Shown: piece by piece, positions 23,016-35,901 of the stretch
How the letters are laid out: each line of letters starts with the position of its first letter
Numbering within the stretch: position 1 is the stretch's first letter
Source of the DNA: Owenia fusiformis
Lineage: Eukaryota
Length of the DNA: 64,000 nucleotides
Reading direction: 5' to 3'
Assembly (NCBI GenBank): GCA_903813345.2
Contig: CAIIXF020000001.1
Location: 37,200,001-37,264,000 of the forward strand
The notes under the pieces: model-generated
Seen by the model: only the letters and a program-made list of their open reading frames with translations
Told to the model about the DNA's origin: nothing
The model's database searches: none
Made by a program: the position numbers and the translations under genes

Positions 23016-25395
23016 ACTAGTCCCTGATCTGATTTCCTAAAGGGCTTTAGAAAAGGGGTTTTGTTGTCCAGTACTTTCCCACATAAAATGATTGTACCGT
23101 TTGAAAGAACAGACTTCCCTCATAAAGAAAACACCTCTTATATTGATAGAAACAGGGGCAAAAGGCATCAAAATTGGGTTAGACAAGGTGGCATTCTGAA
23201 GCCTCATTTCTAGTCATCACAATAACAGGAAAACTATCTCATGGATTTACTTCAAAATTTCACACATGTTACATGGTAAGAAGCTCAAGAGCTGATTAAC
23301 TTTCCGGCGGCCATCTTGCATTCTGGTGGCCATCTTGTATTTTTTCGAGATAAATCTTGGCATCGCGATTCCAGAAAAAACACTTAACAGATAGACTTCA
23401 AGTTTTCACACATGTGATATAGTGAAAAGTCCCAGACCTCATTAGTATTTCAGTGGCCATCTTGCATTCTGGCGGCCATCTTGGAAGTTTTAAGATAATT
23501 CTTGTCCTGACGATTTCAGGAAAACCAAACAGATTTATTCCAAATTTCCACACATCTTAGATGGTAAGAATGTCTAGAGATGATTAACTCTTTGGTGGCC
23601 ATCTTGCATTTTGGTGGCAATCTTGGAAGTTTTTGGATAAATCTTGCCATAGTGATTCCAGGAAATATATAAGCACAAGTGCCAAAGGGAAAGGACCAAA
23701 AACTGTAATGGAACTTAGCAAGAAAAAAAAAACTCTAAGTGCATACCAGTCAAGAAAAACAAACCCCATATAGCCCAAAACCATGATCTAACGTGAAAAG
23801 AAACAATGTCTAATACCCCCTTTCCCCCCACCATTCAAGAATCAATATCACAATCCAAGACCAGAAGACCAAGGGACATTTCATTCATACTGAAGTCATT
23901 ACAATACATGTTGAAGAAAAAATAAAAAATTGATAGCCAATTGATAGCCAATACTCATAACCTCAAAAATTGTTGGAGATACAAGTACTCATACAAGATA
24001 GAGAATTCAGTCTCAAATGATGTGAGATAGATAAAATCCAGTCTCCAAGTCCATAGGCGTTTCAAAGGGTCAACATCCATTCACAAAAGCCGTCGCCATA
24101 ATCCATATAAAACACAATGATTCACAATGGTCATCAGGAGAAAGTGAAAATATTGTGAGTTCATTGTCAATGTCTTAAACAATTCCCACATCCTTCAGCA
24201 TCTCAAGTGGTAAAACTTGAAACTTCGAAATTAATGATTTGTATATTTCAGCAAAGGCCAGAAAGAATTTCTTAAGCTTTATAGAATTATAACCTTGACC
24301 TAACAGTTTGATCTCTAACGTATTGTGTCTTGACTTAAAATCTAAATATTTAGAGCATGCCCTGCCATATCTAATAAGCTGGGATACTTAGACCCCATAT
24401 GCTGGATTTAATGGAAAATTACTGTCTAAATGGGGAAAATTCACAATATCAAAGTTGAAATCATCTCGTTTATCATACAACTTACAATATATACTGTTGT
24501 CTTGTTCAATGTTAATAAGGCGCATTCATGTTCGATTCATTGGTCTTTTTTAACTCTAACTCTGAAGGGTATATCTCATTAACAAAATTTTCAAATCCAG
24601 GGTTGTCCAAACTCAACAGGTCATCTATATACCTATCTGTTTTATTAAAAAGTTTAGCTATGTGGAATTTTGTCTTATCTGTCATCATCTTTTGCAAAAA
24701 CTTATATTCATACGAGAATAGAAAAAGGTCTGCCAAAAGAGGAGCACAATTTGTCCCCATTGGTATTCCTATATTTTGTCAAATATAAAACAGTATTTCC
24801 AAACTTTACATAAATGTTAACCACTTATTAAACCACTTTACAGATTTACTTCAAATTTTCACAAATATTACATCGTATGAAGTTCTAGAGCTGATTAACT
24901 TTTCGGTGCCCATCTCGCATTCTGTCAGCCATCTTGGTAGTTTTTAGATACATCTTGTCATCAGGATTCCAGGAAAACCACTTAACAGTTTTAATTCAAA
25001 TTTTCACACATGTTACATGGTATTAAGTTCTAGAGCTGATTAACTTTTTGGTGGCCATCTTGCATTCTGTCGGCCATCTTGGAAGTTTTTATTAGATAAA
25101 ACTTGTCATCACGATTCCAGGAAAACCACTTAACAGTTTTACTTTAAATTTTCACACATGTTACATGGTAAGATTGACTTTCCGGTAGCCATCTTGCATT
25201 CTGGCAGCCATCTTGGAAGTTTCTAGATAAATCCTGTCATCGCGATTCCAGAAAAACCACTTAACAGATTTGCTTCAAATTTTCACACATAATACATGGT
25301 AAGAGGTTCTACAGCTTATTAATTTTTCGGTGGCCATTTTGCATTCTAGCAGCCATCTTGAACCTTTTTTAGATAAATCTTGTCATCGCGATCAC
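23016..25395 (-). mobile_element. Helentron/HINE-like tandem-repeat element interrupted by a Penelope-like insertion
   Basis: Unique terminal segment 23016-23220 is the reverse complement of 35170-35350. Units of ~130-147 bp lie at 23220-23665 and 24820-25395. Confidence 0.6.
23665..24820 (-). mobile_element. 5'-truncated Penelope-like retroelement (Naiad/Chlamys-like RT), pseudogenised
   Basis: GIPMGTNCAPLLADLFL...RYIDDLL...LYDKRDDFNFDIVNFPHLDSN...SQLIRY with frameshifts and a stop. The ORF ends without a C-terminal GIY-YIG domain. Confidence 0.85.
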
Positions 25396-27299
25396 AGGGG
25401 ATTGCAAGGAGGGTAGTGCAGAGGCTAGAAACTCTTCTCCTTATAAAAGGGAATTCGAAGACTGCGGAAACTGATCTGTGTAAAAAAATAAAAAAAAATT
25501 TTATACTAAAAATAAGTATAATCATTCCTATAAGCTAGATACATATTAAAAAAAATATACAAGTGGCGAGGAAAAAAAATAATGGAAGCAATCCGTTGAC
25601 TAATAGACTAGATGCGAGTAGAAATAATCTTGATTTACGTCATTAAATATTCAAAATTCAGTCAAAGTGATGTCATATTTGAAATCTACATGTAAAAGTA
25701 CATCTAAAAATATGGTTTCGAAGGTTGTTTATTAACTTTGAAATTTTGTTTTTTTTTGAAAATGTGACTTCTTGTTCGGGTTGATTCCCCATAGAGCCCA
25801 TGTTACATAATCACAAAAAGTGAAATATTTTTTCTTGTATTGGACAGATAACATTTTCTTTTACTGGACATATTTTAATTTGCATAACTATTAGATACAT
25901 AAGGGTTATATGAAAATTGAACCACTAAAACAGATGTAATTTAAGTTAAAGGGAACTTTCTCCTATACTCGCCATGCTATCTGACCCGAACGAGCCACCT
26001 GGTGGTGAAACTGGTAACTACCTACTTGCATCTGCGTTATTGCTCAGAAATGTCGACAAATTCTTCGAAATTATGGAACCTGATGTTTCTGCAGTATTTA
26101 TTATGATTCAATCAAGTACATTTCAGTCTATTGCTTTCTTAATATACACTCACCTTTAAAATATGTTAGTTCATGTGGTATTTCTTCAATGACGCTTCCC
26201 TATGGTTACACGTTTATCACTAATAACATCTCAGAACGACTGACACTCGTGGATATGTGTCGAAACGAAACTTTTCTCAAATATTTTAAACAGAGCTTCA
26301 ATCTCGTAATATACTCAGATCAATGCCAATAAAGCATACATTTTTCACTCTAAAAAATCACTGTGCATTGTTGGATTTCAAAGAAATGTTTGACGTTTTC
26401 AGTAATCTTTTTTATTATTGATGAAGTATTAATGAATTATTAATGATTTATTCTAAAAATCCATTTATGTCAAACACAAACTGCATTTGTGTGGTATAAA
26501 GTACAGAAACAGAGTAAAAAGTTATATTTTAGAATATCACCTTGTGTTACCCCATTGAAGCGGCAGTTGCCCATGTTTCTATTAAAATAGAAGATTATAT
26601 CATACACGATATGAATTTATATTACAGAAGCATAGTAAACGTTGTCTTTAGAATACCACCTTACTTTACGCAGTGCCTATCGCCCCCATTTCTATCAATA
26701 TATCGAGGTTTTAAAAACCATTTGATATCATACACAAAATATGCACTTATGTGGTATAAAATAAAGAAAAAGTGAAAATTTGTCTTTAGAATGCAACCTT
26801 GCGCATGCGTAACCCCATTTTAGTGCTCTGCCCCTGTTTATATCAATATAAAAGCTGCTTTCTTTATGAGGGAAGTCTGTTCTATCAAACAGTACAATCA
26901 TTTTTGTGGGAAAGTATAAACACAAAATCATTTATGTTGTATAAAGTACAAAAAAGAGTAAACAAAGCATGTGGCGAACAAGATCGCACCTAAAACATAG
27001 TAGTGTGTGCCAAAACTCCAGAAAATCACAAAAACCTATGTTGTGGTAGCTTATTATGAAGTGACCCATCATCATTATAGATTAGTCCATCAACTATTCA
27101 TGTTTACTTGTCTGCACTCAAAAAGGTGACACGAATGGGCTAAACTGCTTGCCACAAGGTGCAACCGTCAAAAAGGTGAGTTTGATAAAAAATTATTTTT
27201 TTCAAATAATAGCAATGGGTATAAAAAACAATAATTGTGAAGAATTATATATTTATGATCTGAAAATGCCATCTTAATTCAAAAGTCATTGTTGTTAAT

Positions 27300-30060
27300 G
27301 ATAATTATTATTAATAAGTTTATTGGTCTCTTGAACATGTAATGTACATCGAGATAGGTCCAATAAAGCAAATAACAAATAAAACATTCATGTACATGCA
27401 TGGCAAAACAATTCTTACAATCTAATTTTAACAATCACTAAGTACTTTACTAAACAGCATAAAATGATTTCACATCAGTTTTGTTTAACAACTCTTTGGT
27501 TATATTGTGAACTCTTGTAAAATAATCACCAATTATTTCATTAATTGCATCATCGTGCGCTAACAGGGTGTATAAAAATACACTACTTGTATTAAAATGA
27601 GAAAAACTATTGTTTATACTTTTTATTTTACTGAGATATTGAGATCGAGCTAGTTTTAGTTCTGATTGAGAACAACAAAAAAGAACGTGTTCTTCATCAC
27701 CTATTGTATTTTTTGAATTACAAAAGAAACAAAATCGTTTCGATTTTTCTACTTTGAAGTATCGACCTCGTTCAATTGGGAAGTTATGCATCGATAACCG
27801 TACCTTAGAAATAGATTGTCTATAGGTGGAGTTCTGTAAATTAAGATAACTTTCTCTTTTATATGCATGTTTTACTAGTTTATAGCTTCTGAATTTACCT
27901 GGAGCATCATTTGGTCTATTGATGTCTTGCATAAACGCGCTTTTGTATTCTTTTTCTAAATTTGTCATTGTAGATTTAATTAAATTATAAATTTTGACTT
28001 GATCACATGTATCGAATTTTTGTATATCAATATTTTTATTGGATATTGACAAAATCCGAGTGATAAATGAAAAGAAGCTCCAATGCCCTGATTCATGTGA
28101 GTCTTCCTCATGTTTACTAAAAATAAATGAATATGAATCAGTTGGTGACTTTTTCAAGTGAAACCCAAATTTTAGAGTACTAACTAATATATTAATGAGC
28201 AGCGGGTATCTGCCCAATTCAGCCTTAGCTGATACGTTACTGCAGTTATTATTGACGCGTAATACCTGTTTGCAATATATATTGTGTAACTTCTCAAACG
28301 GAAATAAATTATTTAAAAGTACGTCCTTCAAGGATTTGTCTTTTAACTTTACAATATCTGTAGCCAAAACATCAGAAGCATAGAGTGCAATCGGTTAAAC
28401 TAAAGTGTCAAATAATTTTATCTGAGATTTCACATTACTATTATAAAAAGCATTTTTGACTGCATATTGAGCCTTTAGTGCTTTTGAGTACAAAACATTG
28501 TATGCAGATTTAAAATTACCGTTTTGATGAAATGTTACACCCAAATAACAATAGTTTGCACACTGTGTAACTATGTTATTACCAAATTTAAAGATATTTT
28601 TCTTTTTAGTTTCATTAAATATCACCACTTTGGTTTTGTTAATGTTAACATTTAATTTCCATGTATTACAATATTTTTCAAATTTGTTCAGCATCAGCTG
28701 TAATCCTTTCGCTGTCTTACTAAACAATACTATATCATCGGCATACATCAATGTGTTGATTTTGTTTCCGTCTAGAATATAAGGATCAAAATTTACATCG
28801 TTAAACAGAGATGGAACATCATTAAGATATATATTAAATAACATCGGACTCAAGTTACAGCCTTGTCTAGTCCCTACATTACTGGGAAAGTGTTCTGTAA
28901 AACCACCTTTTAGCTTGACTCTGCATTCAGTATTCACATACATATGTTCGATAACACTAATAAAGCGACTACTTAAGCCTATTTTATGAAGTTTATAGAA
29001 TAATCCTTGTCGCCATACTGTGTCAAATGCACGTTTAAGATCAACAAAACATGCAAATAACGGCTTTTTTATTGCTCTCATGGACTTAATAATACAATTA
29101 AGAACAAATATGTGATCAGTTGTTCGCCGCTCTTTACAAAATCCTATTTGACTTTTGCATAAAATCTTATTCTCCGATAGCCATTGCGCTAATCTTGAAT
29201 TTAGAATTGAAGTAAAAACTTTACCCAATAGGCTTGTCAAAGTAATCCCTCTATAGTTTTGAGGATCGCTCTCATCACCCTTTTTGTAAAGAGGAACTAT
29301 ATCGCAGGATGACCATATAAGAGGATAATATGTTGATTTTAGAATGAGATTGAAAAGCTTAGAAATGGGTTTAATCAGAGTATGTCCTGCCGCTATATTT
29401 GAGCATTTCATTTGAGATTGTATCATTTGCCCCTGATTTTTTGCTTTTCAAGTCTCTCAAAGTTTTGGATATTTCATCTCCACATATTTCTCTATCTAGT
29501 TGTTCTATAAGGATGTTTTTCGTTTTTAATGTATTAAGTTCTGACTCGATTTCATTTTCAAATTCTCGACATGTGGATGTAGGTTTTTTATTCAGATCAG
29601 AAAAATATTTAAGCCATGAGTCGGCATCAATGTTACTTGTTTTATTATTGTTATGTTCATCAGATCGCAATTGTTGAACCAATTCCCAGAATCGTTTTGG
29701 ATCTGATTTTTCTAGAGAGTCGATTTGCTTCAATATATTCTGTTTATATGTTGTCATTGATTTCTTTAAAAACGATTTGTAGTGTTTTTTTTGTTCCAAA
29801 TATTTGTTTCTGAGAAAAGGATCATTTGGGTATTTATGTAAAAGTTTGCCTAAATATAGTACCTGGCGTTTAATTTTGTCACAGTCTTTATTAAACCATT
29901 TTTTGTTTTTATTTTTATAATTCTTAGAAGGTGATTTAAATTTTAAAGACGAATTAGCAGCGTCTTTAATAATTGATGACAATGCATCACAGCATTCGTC
30001 AATACCCTTTTGGTTATTGCAGTAGTTTGTATTATTGAACAAGTCTATCTTATTAACAAT
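27300..30060 (-). mobile_element. 5'-truncated non-LTR retrotransposon (LINE; RTE-X/L2-group-like) ORF2 with frameshifts
   Basis: ORFs 29371-30042, 28395-29426 and 27450-28367 contain NYRGITL, VDLKRAFD, QGCNLSP, YADD and a C-terminal CxxC...H...C motif. AATAAA plus an ATT-rich tail lie near 27300-27325. Confidence 0.92.
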
Positions 30061-30143
30061 GTCTGATAATATTCCTATTTCACCTATTCAATGTTCTCAA
30101 AATACTTCAATTACCATTATATTCATTTTTGGCAAATTAAATA

Positions 30144-31683
30144 CAGGGTGGGCCAAAAAAACCACCCCCCAAGACATTACTCCTGGTAAATATTTATTTT
30201 CAAACATGTACACCAACAATGATATATCATTTTAAAGATAATTTAATTTGCAACAAAATGATATATTATAGAACAATTTCCAACAACCCTGGCCCGAAAT
30301 ATAACCAATTATGTGACATGGGGGTCAAAAAACACCTTTTCAATTTTCATCGATTTTGCGAACAATAGCCTATTTCTACCAAATTTTACTCTACATTTAA
30401 AAATTGCAACATTGTCATGAGTCTTTCATAATTGGATATTATATATTATTTTCATTCAGTTTTTGAACCATTCATGCTTAATAAACATGTGTATGCTTAT
30501 AAAACAAATTAATTTCTTCTTAAGTCTGTCCAAATATGGCTTAATAGACCCACCCCCCGGACCCATCCTCTGATCGGATTATTCTCTAAAGACGCGAAAG
30601 CCATTGGTATAATTGATGGATCTCTGCGGAAGTACCATCGAACTCGCAATTATTCATTCTTTCAGTCTGTCTACATCCCTGATAGGCTAGTGATCTTCAT
30701 AGACCAACTGTTCTAAAAGTCCCAAGTACTGTACATGTAATCAACAGCAAGAATAGGGACATTTGCAAAAAAGGTTACTCAAATCGAGATGACATTTTTC
30801 TGAAAGGGTAGTGGTGTCCACTCGGTGTTTCCCAAAAAGGAAAGACCGTACAGGCCCTTTTTTGTGGAACCAGGAGCAAAAATATACTCTGAATGTTAAT
30901 GACACGAGGTGTTAAAAAGGACTCCTCAAGGATATAAAAAACATGTGAAAAAAATTCATTTTCTGATAGGAAAGTGCTTCATCACACAGGTCCAATGCTA
31001 CCCTGGAGTTTTTGGAGATGTGAAATGACACTATCTCTAGCCCGGACAAATGGCTTACTGACAGTCCAGATGCCAATAATATTGATTACCATACCTGGTG
31101 GCATCTAGAACATTTGGTATTTAAAGATACCCAGCCTATCAGGGATATAGAGGAACTAAAAGAAAGAATAACTAGCAGTTGAATGGTACTTCCGCATACA
31201 TCCATCAATTATGTCATCAACCAATGGCTTCCGCGTCTTAAGCAAATAATCTGATCAGAGGATTGGTCTGGGGGGTGGGTCTATTGAGCCATATTTGGAC
31301 AGACTGAAGAAGAAATTAATTTGTTTTATAAGCATACAAATGTTTATTGAGCATGCATGGTTCAAAAACTGAATGAAAACAATATATAATATCCAATTAT
31401 GAAAGACTCATGACAATGTTGGAATTTTTAACTGAACGGTAAAATTTGGGAGAAATAGGCTTTTGTTCGCAAAATCGATAAAAATTGAAAAGGTGTTTTT
31501 TGACCCCCATGTCACATAATTGGTTATATTTCTATATGGGGTTGTTGAAAATGGTGCTAGTATATATCATTTTGTTGCAAATTAAATTATCTTTAAAATG
31601 ATATATCATTGTTGGTGTACATGTTAAAAAATAAATATTTATCAGGAGTAATGGCTAGGGGGTGGTTTTTTTGGCCAACCCTG
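30144..31683 (+). mobile_element. Tc1/mariner-superfamily foldback element with ~550-bp TIRs, TA TSD and a decayed transposase
   Basis: TA|cagggtgggccaaaaaaaccacccc...ggggtggtttttttggccaaccctg|TA. Internal remnants FVEPGAKI, SASSHRSNAT and WLTDSPDANNIDYHTW resemble the WPxxSPDLNPxDY motif. Confidence 0.85.
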
Positions 31684-32000
31684 TAAATATAGGGCTCACA
31701 CAAGGATCAACTTTATTTTCAATCTTTTCATATTTAGTGATGTTTTGAAGAAATATAATGTTAAACACAAATTTATTTGTTAAATGTTTAACAAAATAAA
31801 CATAGTGTGTTTATTTCATTGTTTCGACTGAAATATCGCAATTGATTGCTCTTCCTCTTAGAACGGCAGGGGATATACATGTACATAAACAGTCTTAAAA
31901 AACGTTGATCCTTGTGTAATCCCTACACTTATTTACTTTGCCAGAAAGTGATATAATGGTTATTTGGTGGTATGAAAATCATTTCAAAGGTAAAATAGGA
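31684..32000. mobile_element. Palindromic MITE (gggctcacacaaggatcaac core); left arm at ~30070-30143 is separated by the Tc1-like insertion; second copy at ~33775-34105
   Basis: Shared IR core and shared flanking arms ggcaaa(g/t)taaata and accattata at both loci. Confidence 0.6.
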
Positions 32001-34104
32001 AGAATGTCATTGAACTTGGAATAAAAAGCATTATACAGTATGGTTAGAAATACCCAATTTTTACCATAATTGTTTTTAATAATATAACCATACCTTAATG
32101 GACTATCTTTACATTTCAATAACCAATGTGCATTCTATTTTGCATGTTTTACTGCAATTATTTGTAAAAATAGTTTTAAATCTTACTTTTTTGACTGGAA
32201 AGTGAAGAGACAATGATCAAATAAACTCATATTATTGGTCACATTTGGTTATTTCACCCAAACAGATTCGGGATTTTTTTTAGTCCAGGCATATGAAGAA
32301 ACTAGTGTGAATTGAATGGTCATATTATTTATTGTTTGATTTAATTAATATGTTGAACCTGCTTTGGCCATTAAACTTTAAATTTGCTTTAAATTTAGAT
32401 TTTGGGAAACACATCTGCTTACTGATCCAATTCAGAACTACTAGAGAAAGTAACTCTCGTGAAAAACGTTCGTCAACGTGACTTATTTACTGATTGCAGT
32501 CATTAAACTAATGACCTCATATTTGGATATCCTCTCTTCTGATATGATTTTACAATTTACTTCAAATTGGCAAAGGGCCAGGTACAGTATGGCAAGTGAT
32601 ATCTGACATATATTTTACCATGACTACTTTCTCAATATAAATATGACATTTCTCAAAAATACAATATGTTATCTTTCAAGACAATTCAATTCTCAATGAT
32701 AATAAGAATATCATTCGAACAATCTAAAAAAACTATGAATAGGGAACCCATTTTAACATTTTTGAACTTATTTACTCAACAGAGGTTCTTCTTTTTATTT
32801 AAATTGCATGAAAATATTATTAAACAAGTGCTCTAAAACGTTTTCATTAGTAGAATTATAACGAAAGTCTAGTTTTGGAGATATCAATTTTCAATGACCA
32901 AAATTATGCTGAAAACAATGGATAGTTTGAGTTTTCAAATGGAAAATAAGATGGAATTTGTGGTTTTTAACTTTATCGCATTTCAATGCCCATTCCCTTT
33001 TTTCAAAAAGTGACAAATTGGGGATCTTATCAATTATATCTCAGATATATTTTCATGTATTTATATTTTCCATTTCAATTTATTCATACATTCAAGCATT
33101 ATGTTTACAAATATTATTAATAACAGGTGGCACCAAAGGTGATGCTTATACCCGTACATATAGTTGTAATATCATGTAGTGTATCTTTAAGTTGTCAAGG
33201 AATCAAACGAGAATGAAATCATAAAATAAAAAATAAGTTGAAAAATAAAGGTTGAAGGGGATTCATGATGTTTTTTTCTTTTCAAGTGAAGAAGTTGGAT
33301 GATATCATTTTTATCACGGGGACTTTACATAAGAAAAATCATATTGTTTTCACAAAAACACTTTCAGCCCCAAAACGCCAAATACTAATTAGATATTGAG
33401 CTATGACCTTGAAATGATCTTGATCCATAAACACTGACATGGACCTCTGGTCACTTGACTATTGGTCATTAAATAGGACTGTAGCCCCACAGTAGCCAAC
33501 TACCTAGATATTGACCATTGACCTTGAAATGACCTTGGCATCAGGTCACCTAATCATTGGTCGCCAAAGGCACAATTGTTCTCAATTGCCTTTAAACTCC
33601 AAATTGCTAGATATTGACCTTGGAAGTCACCCTATCATGAGTCGCTAGGTGTCATAGCAGATCCCAGGGCCTTAATACACCAAATACTTATATACTGATA
33701 TTTGACCTTGGAATAACCTTGACCTCAGGTCACACATTCATGATTCACAAAGGGTAACCTCAAAAGTCAATGATACCATTCCTATTTTACCTATTAAATG
33801 ATTTTTATATATCCGAATAACCATTATATAAGTTTTTGGCAAAGTAAATAATTGTAGGGCTCACACAAGATCAACTTTTGAAGACTTTTTCGTACTGGTG
33901 AAGACTCTCCAGCTTGCAAAGCAGGGGCGATGAATTGAGATTTTTCAGTCGAAACAAGAAAACAAACATATAATTATTTTTTCTTCAACAAATAAAAAAT
34001 AAAATTGATTTTACCTTCGTATTTTTTCAAAACATCACTTAATATGACAATGCTGTGAACAAAGTTGATCCTTGTGTGAGCCCTATAATTATTTACTTTG
34101 TCAA

Positions 34105-35350
34105 AATCCGTTTAGTGGTTTTCCTGGAATCGCAATGACAAAATTTATGTAAAACTTCCAGGATGGCCTCCAGAATGCAAGATGGCTGCCGTAAAGTTAA
34201 TCAGCTCTAGAACTTCTTACTTTTAACATGTGTTAAAATTTGAAATAAATCTGTTAAGGATGCAGTACCAGGTCAGCGTAGAAAAGGTTCCAGACATTAG
34301 ATTTTGCTCATATTTTTTACAATGTATCGCTATGATGTTATCATCATCCAAGTGCAATATGAAGAGGATTGACCGTCTGGTAATTACAAAATAAAAAATT
34401 TATTTTACCCACCCAAAATGAATCTTTTTACTTTTTTTTACTTTTTTGAGTTTTCAATAGAGCTGGCACCTTTCGAACCCTGGTTTTCGTATCCACTAAT
34501 TGCGACTCAAGAACAAGTTTTCCAATAAAAGTGAAAGGGATAAAATATGCTTGATAAAATGTTTGCAATTTAATTCTTTTCTGGAAACACCATTATCGAA
34601 ATAAACTATAATTTTTGAATCAGACTAAATGCGAAAATGACGTTCTTGGGAGCTAGCTTTCTCAAACCGGAAGTCAAACCTGCGCAAACAGACGTGAAAA
34701 CCGACCCGGTACTGCATCCTTAAGTTGTTTTCCTGGAATCGCGATGACAAGATTTATCTTGAAACGTCCTAGATGGCCACTAGAATGCAAGATGGCTGCC
34801 GGAAAGTTAAATAGCTCTAGAACGTCTTACCATGTAACATGTGTGAAAATCTGAAGTAAATCAGTTTGGTTTTCCTGAAATCGCGATGACAAGATTTATT
34901 ACAAAACTTCCATGATGGCCGCCAAAATGCAAAATGGCCACCGGAATAGGAATGAGCTCTAGGACTTCTTACCATGTAACATCTATCAACATTTGAAGTA
35001 CATCTGTAAAGTGTTTTTTCTGGAATCGCGATGACAATATTTATCTAAAAAATTCTAAGATGGCCACCAGAATTCAAGATGGCTGCCGGAAAGTTAATCA
35101 GCTCTAGAATTTCTTATGTAACATGTGTGAAAATTTGAAGTAAATCCATCTGGTGGTTTTCCTGGAATCGTGATGACTATAAAGTGAGACTTCAGAATGC
35201 CACCTTGTCTAACCCCATTTTTGTGCCTTTTGCCCCTGTTTCTATCAATATAAGAGGTAATTTCTTTATACCTGTCAAACGGTACAATAATTTTATGTGG
35301 GAAAGTACCGGACAACAAAACTTGTTTTCACAGGGACCAGATCAGGGACT
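34105..35350 (+). mobile_element. Helentron/HINE-like tandem-repeat element (~143-bp units)
   Basis: Same unit and same terminal segment as 23016-25395, in the opposite orientation. Confidence 0.6.
34258..34719. mobile_element. TTAA-target MITE (Kolobok/piggyBac-type)
   Basis: TTAA|ggatgcagtacc...ggtactgcatcc|TTAA; removing it restores the host repeat unit. Confidence 0.85.
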
Positions 35351-35469
35351 ATACCTCAGGTTTGCTAACACCCACGTAGACCATGAGCCAATTATTCATT
35401 GGAAACTTGGGATAATGGATCCCTCCAGATTATGGGAATATGCCCAATTATTATATCTCATTGTACTCT

Positions 35470-35901
35470 CTACTGAAGAAGAACAGTTTTGCCTAGCCCG
35501 TGCCAAAACAACAAACGACATTGTCAAACACTTCATTTTAGAATGTTCATCTCTAAGTGCAACAAGAGATACATTTTTTAAAAATATTGTTAATCTATTA
35601 CCTGTTGAAGACTCAATTAACATGTTAAACTCTGATGACGATGTCTTAGTAGAATGTTCATTGGGTAGTCGCACAGATGTATTACAGATTTACGATTTTG
35701 CGAAATGGCAAAAATTTATTAACCTTTGTTCCAATCAAATCAGCGTTATGCTTAAAGAATTCACGTCGTAAGCAAATATCACCTTATATTACTCATCTCG
35801 CCACATATTGTATCTTATGTATATACTGTTATCTAATATTTTGTTTTTGTATTAATTTACTCTCCAAATTGGAGGAAATAAAGAATCATATCATATCATA
35901 T
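35470..35901 (+). mobile_element. LINE 3'-end fragment
   Basis: C-terminal ...IVKHFILECSSLSATR motif followed by ggaggaaataaaga(atcat)n tail. Confidence 0.65.

Noticed and set aside
35184..35771. 195-aa ORF as a host gene
   Set aside because: Chance fusion of a repeat terminus with a LINE 3' fragment.
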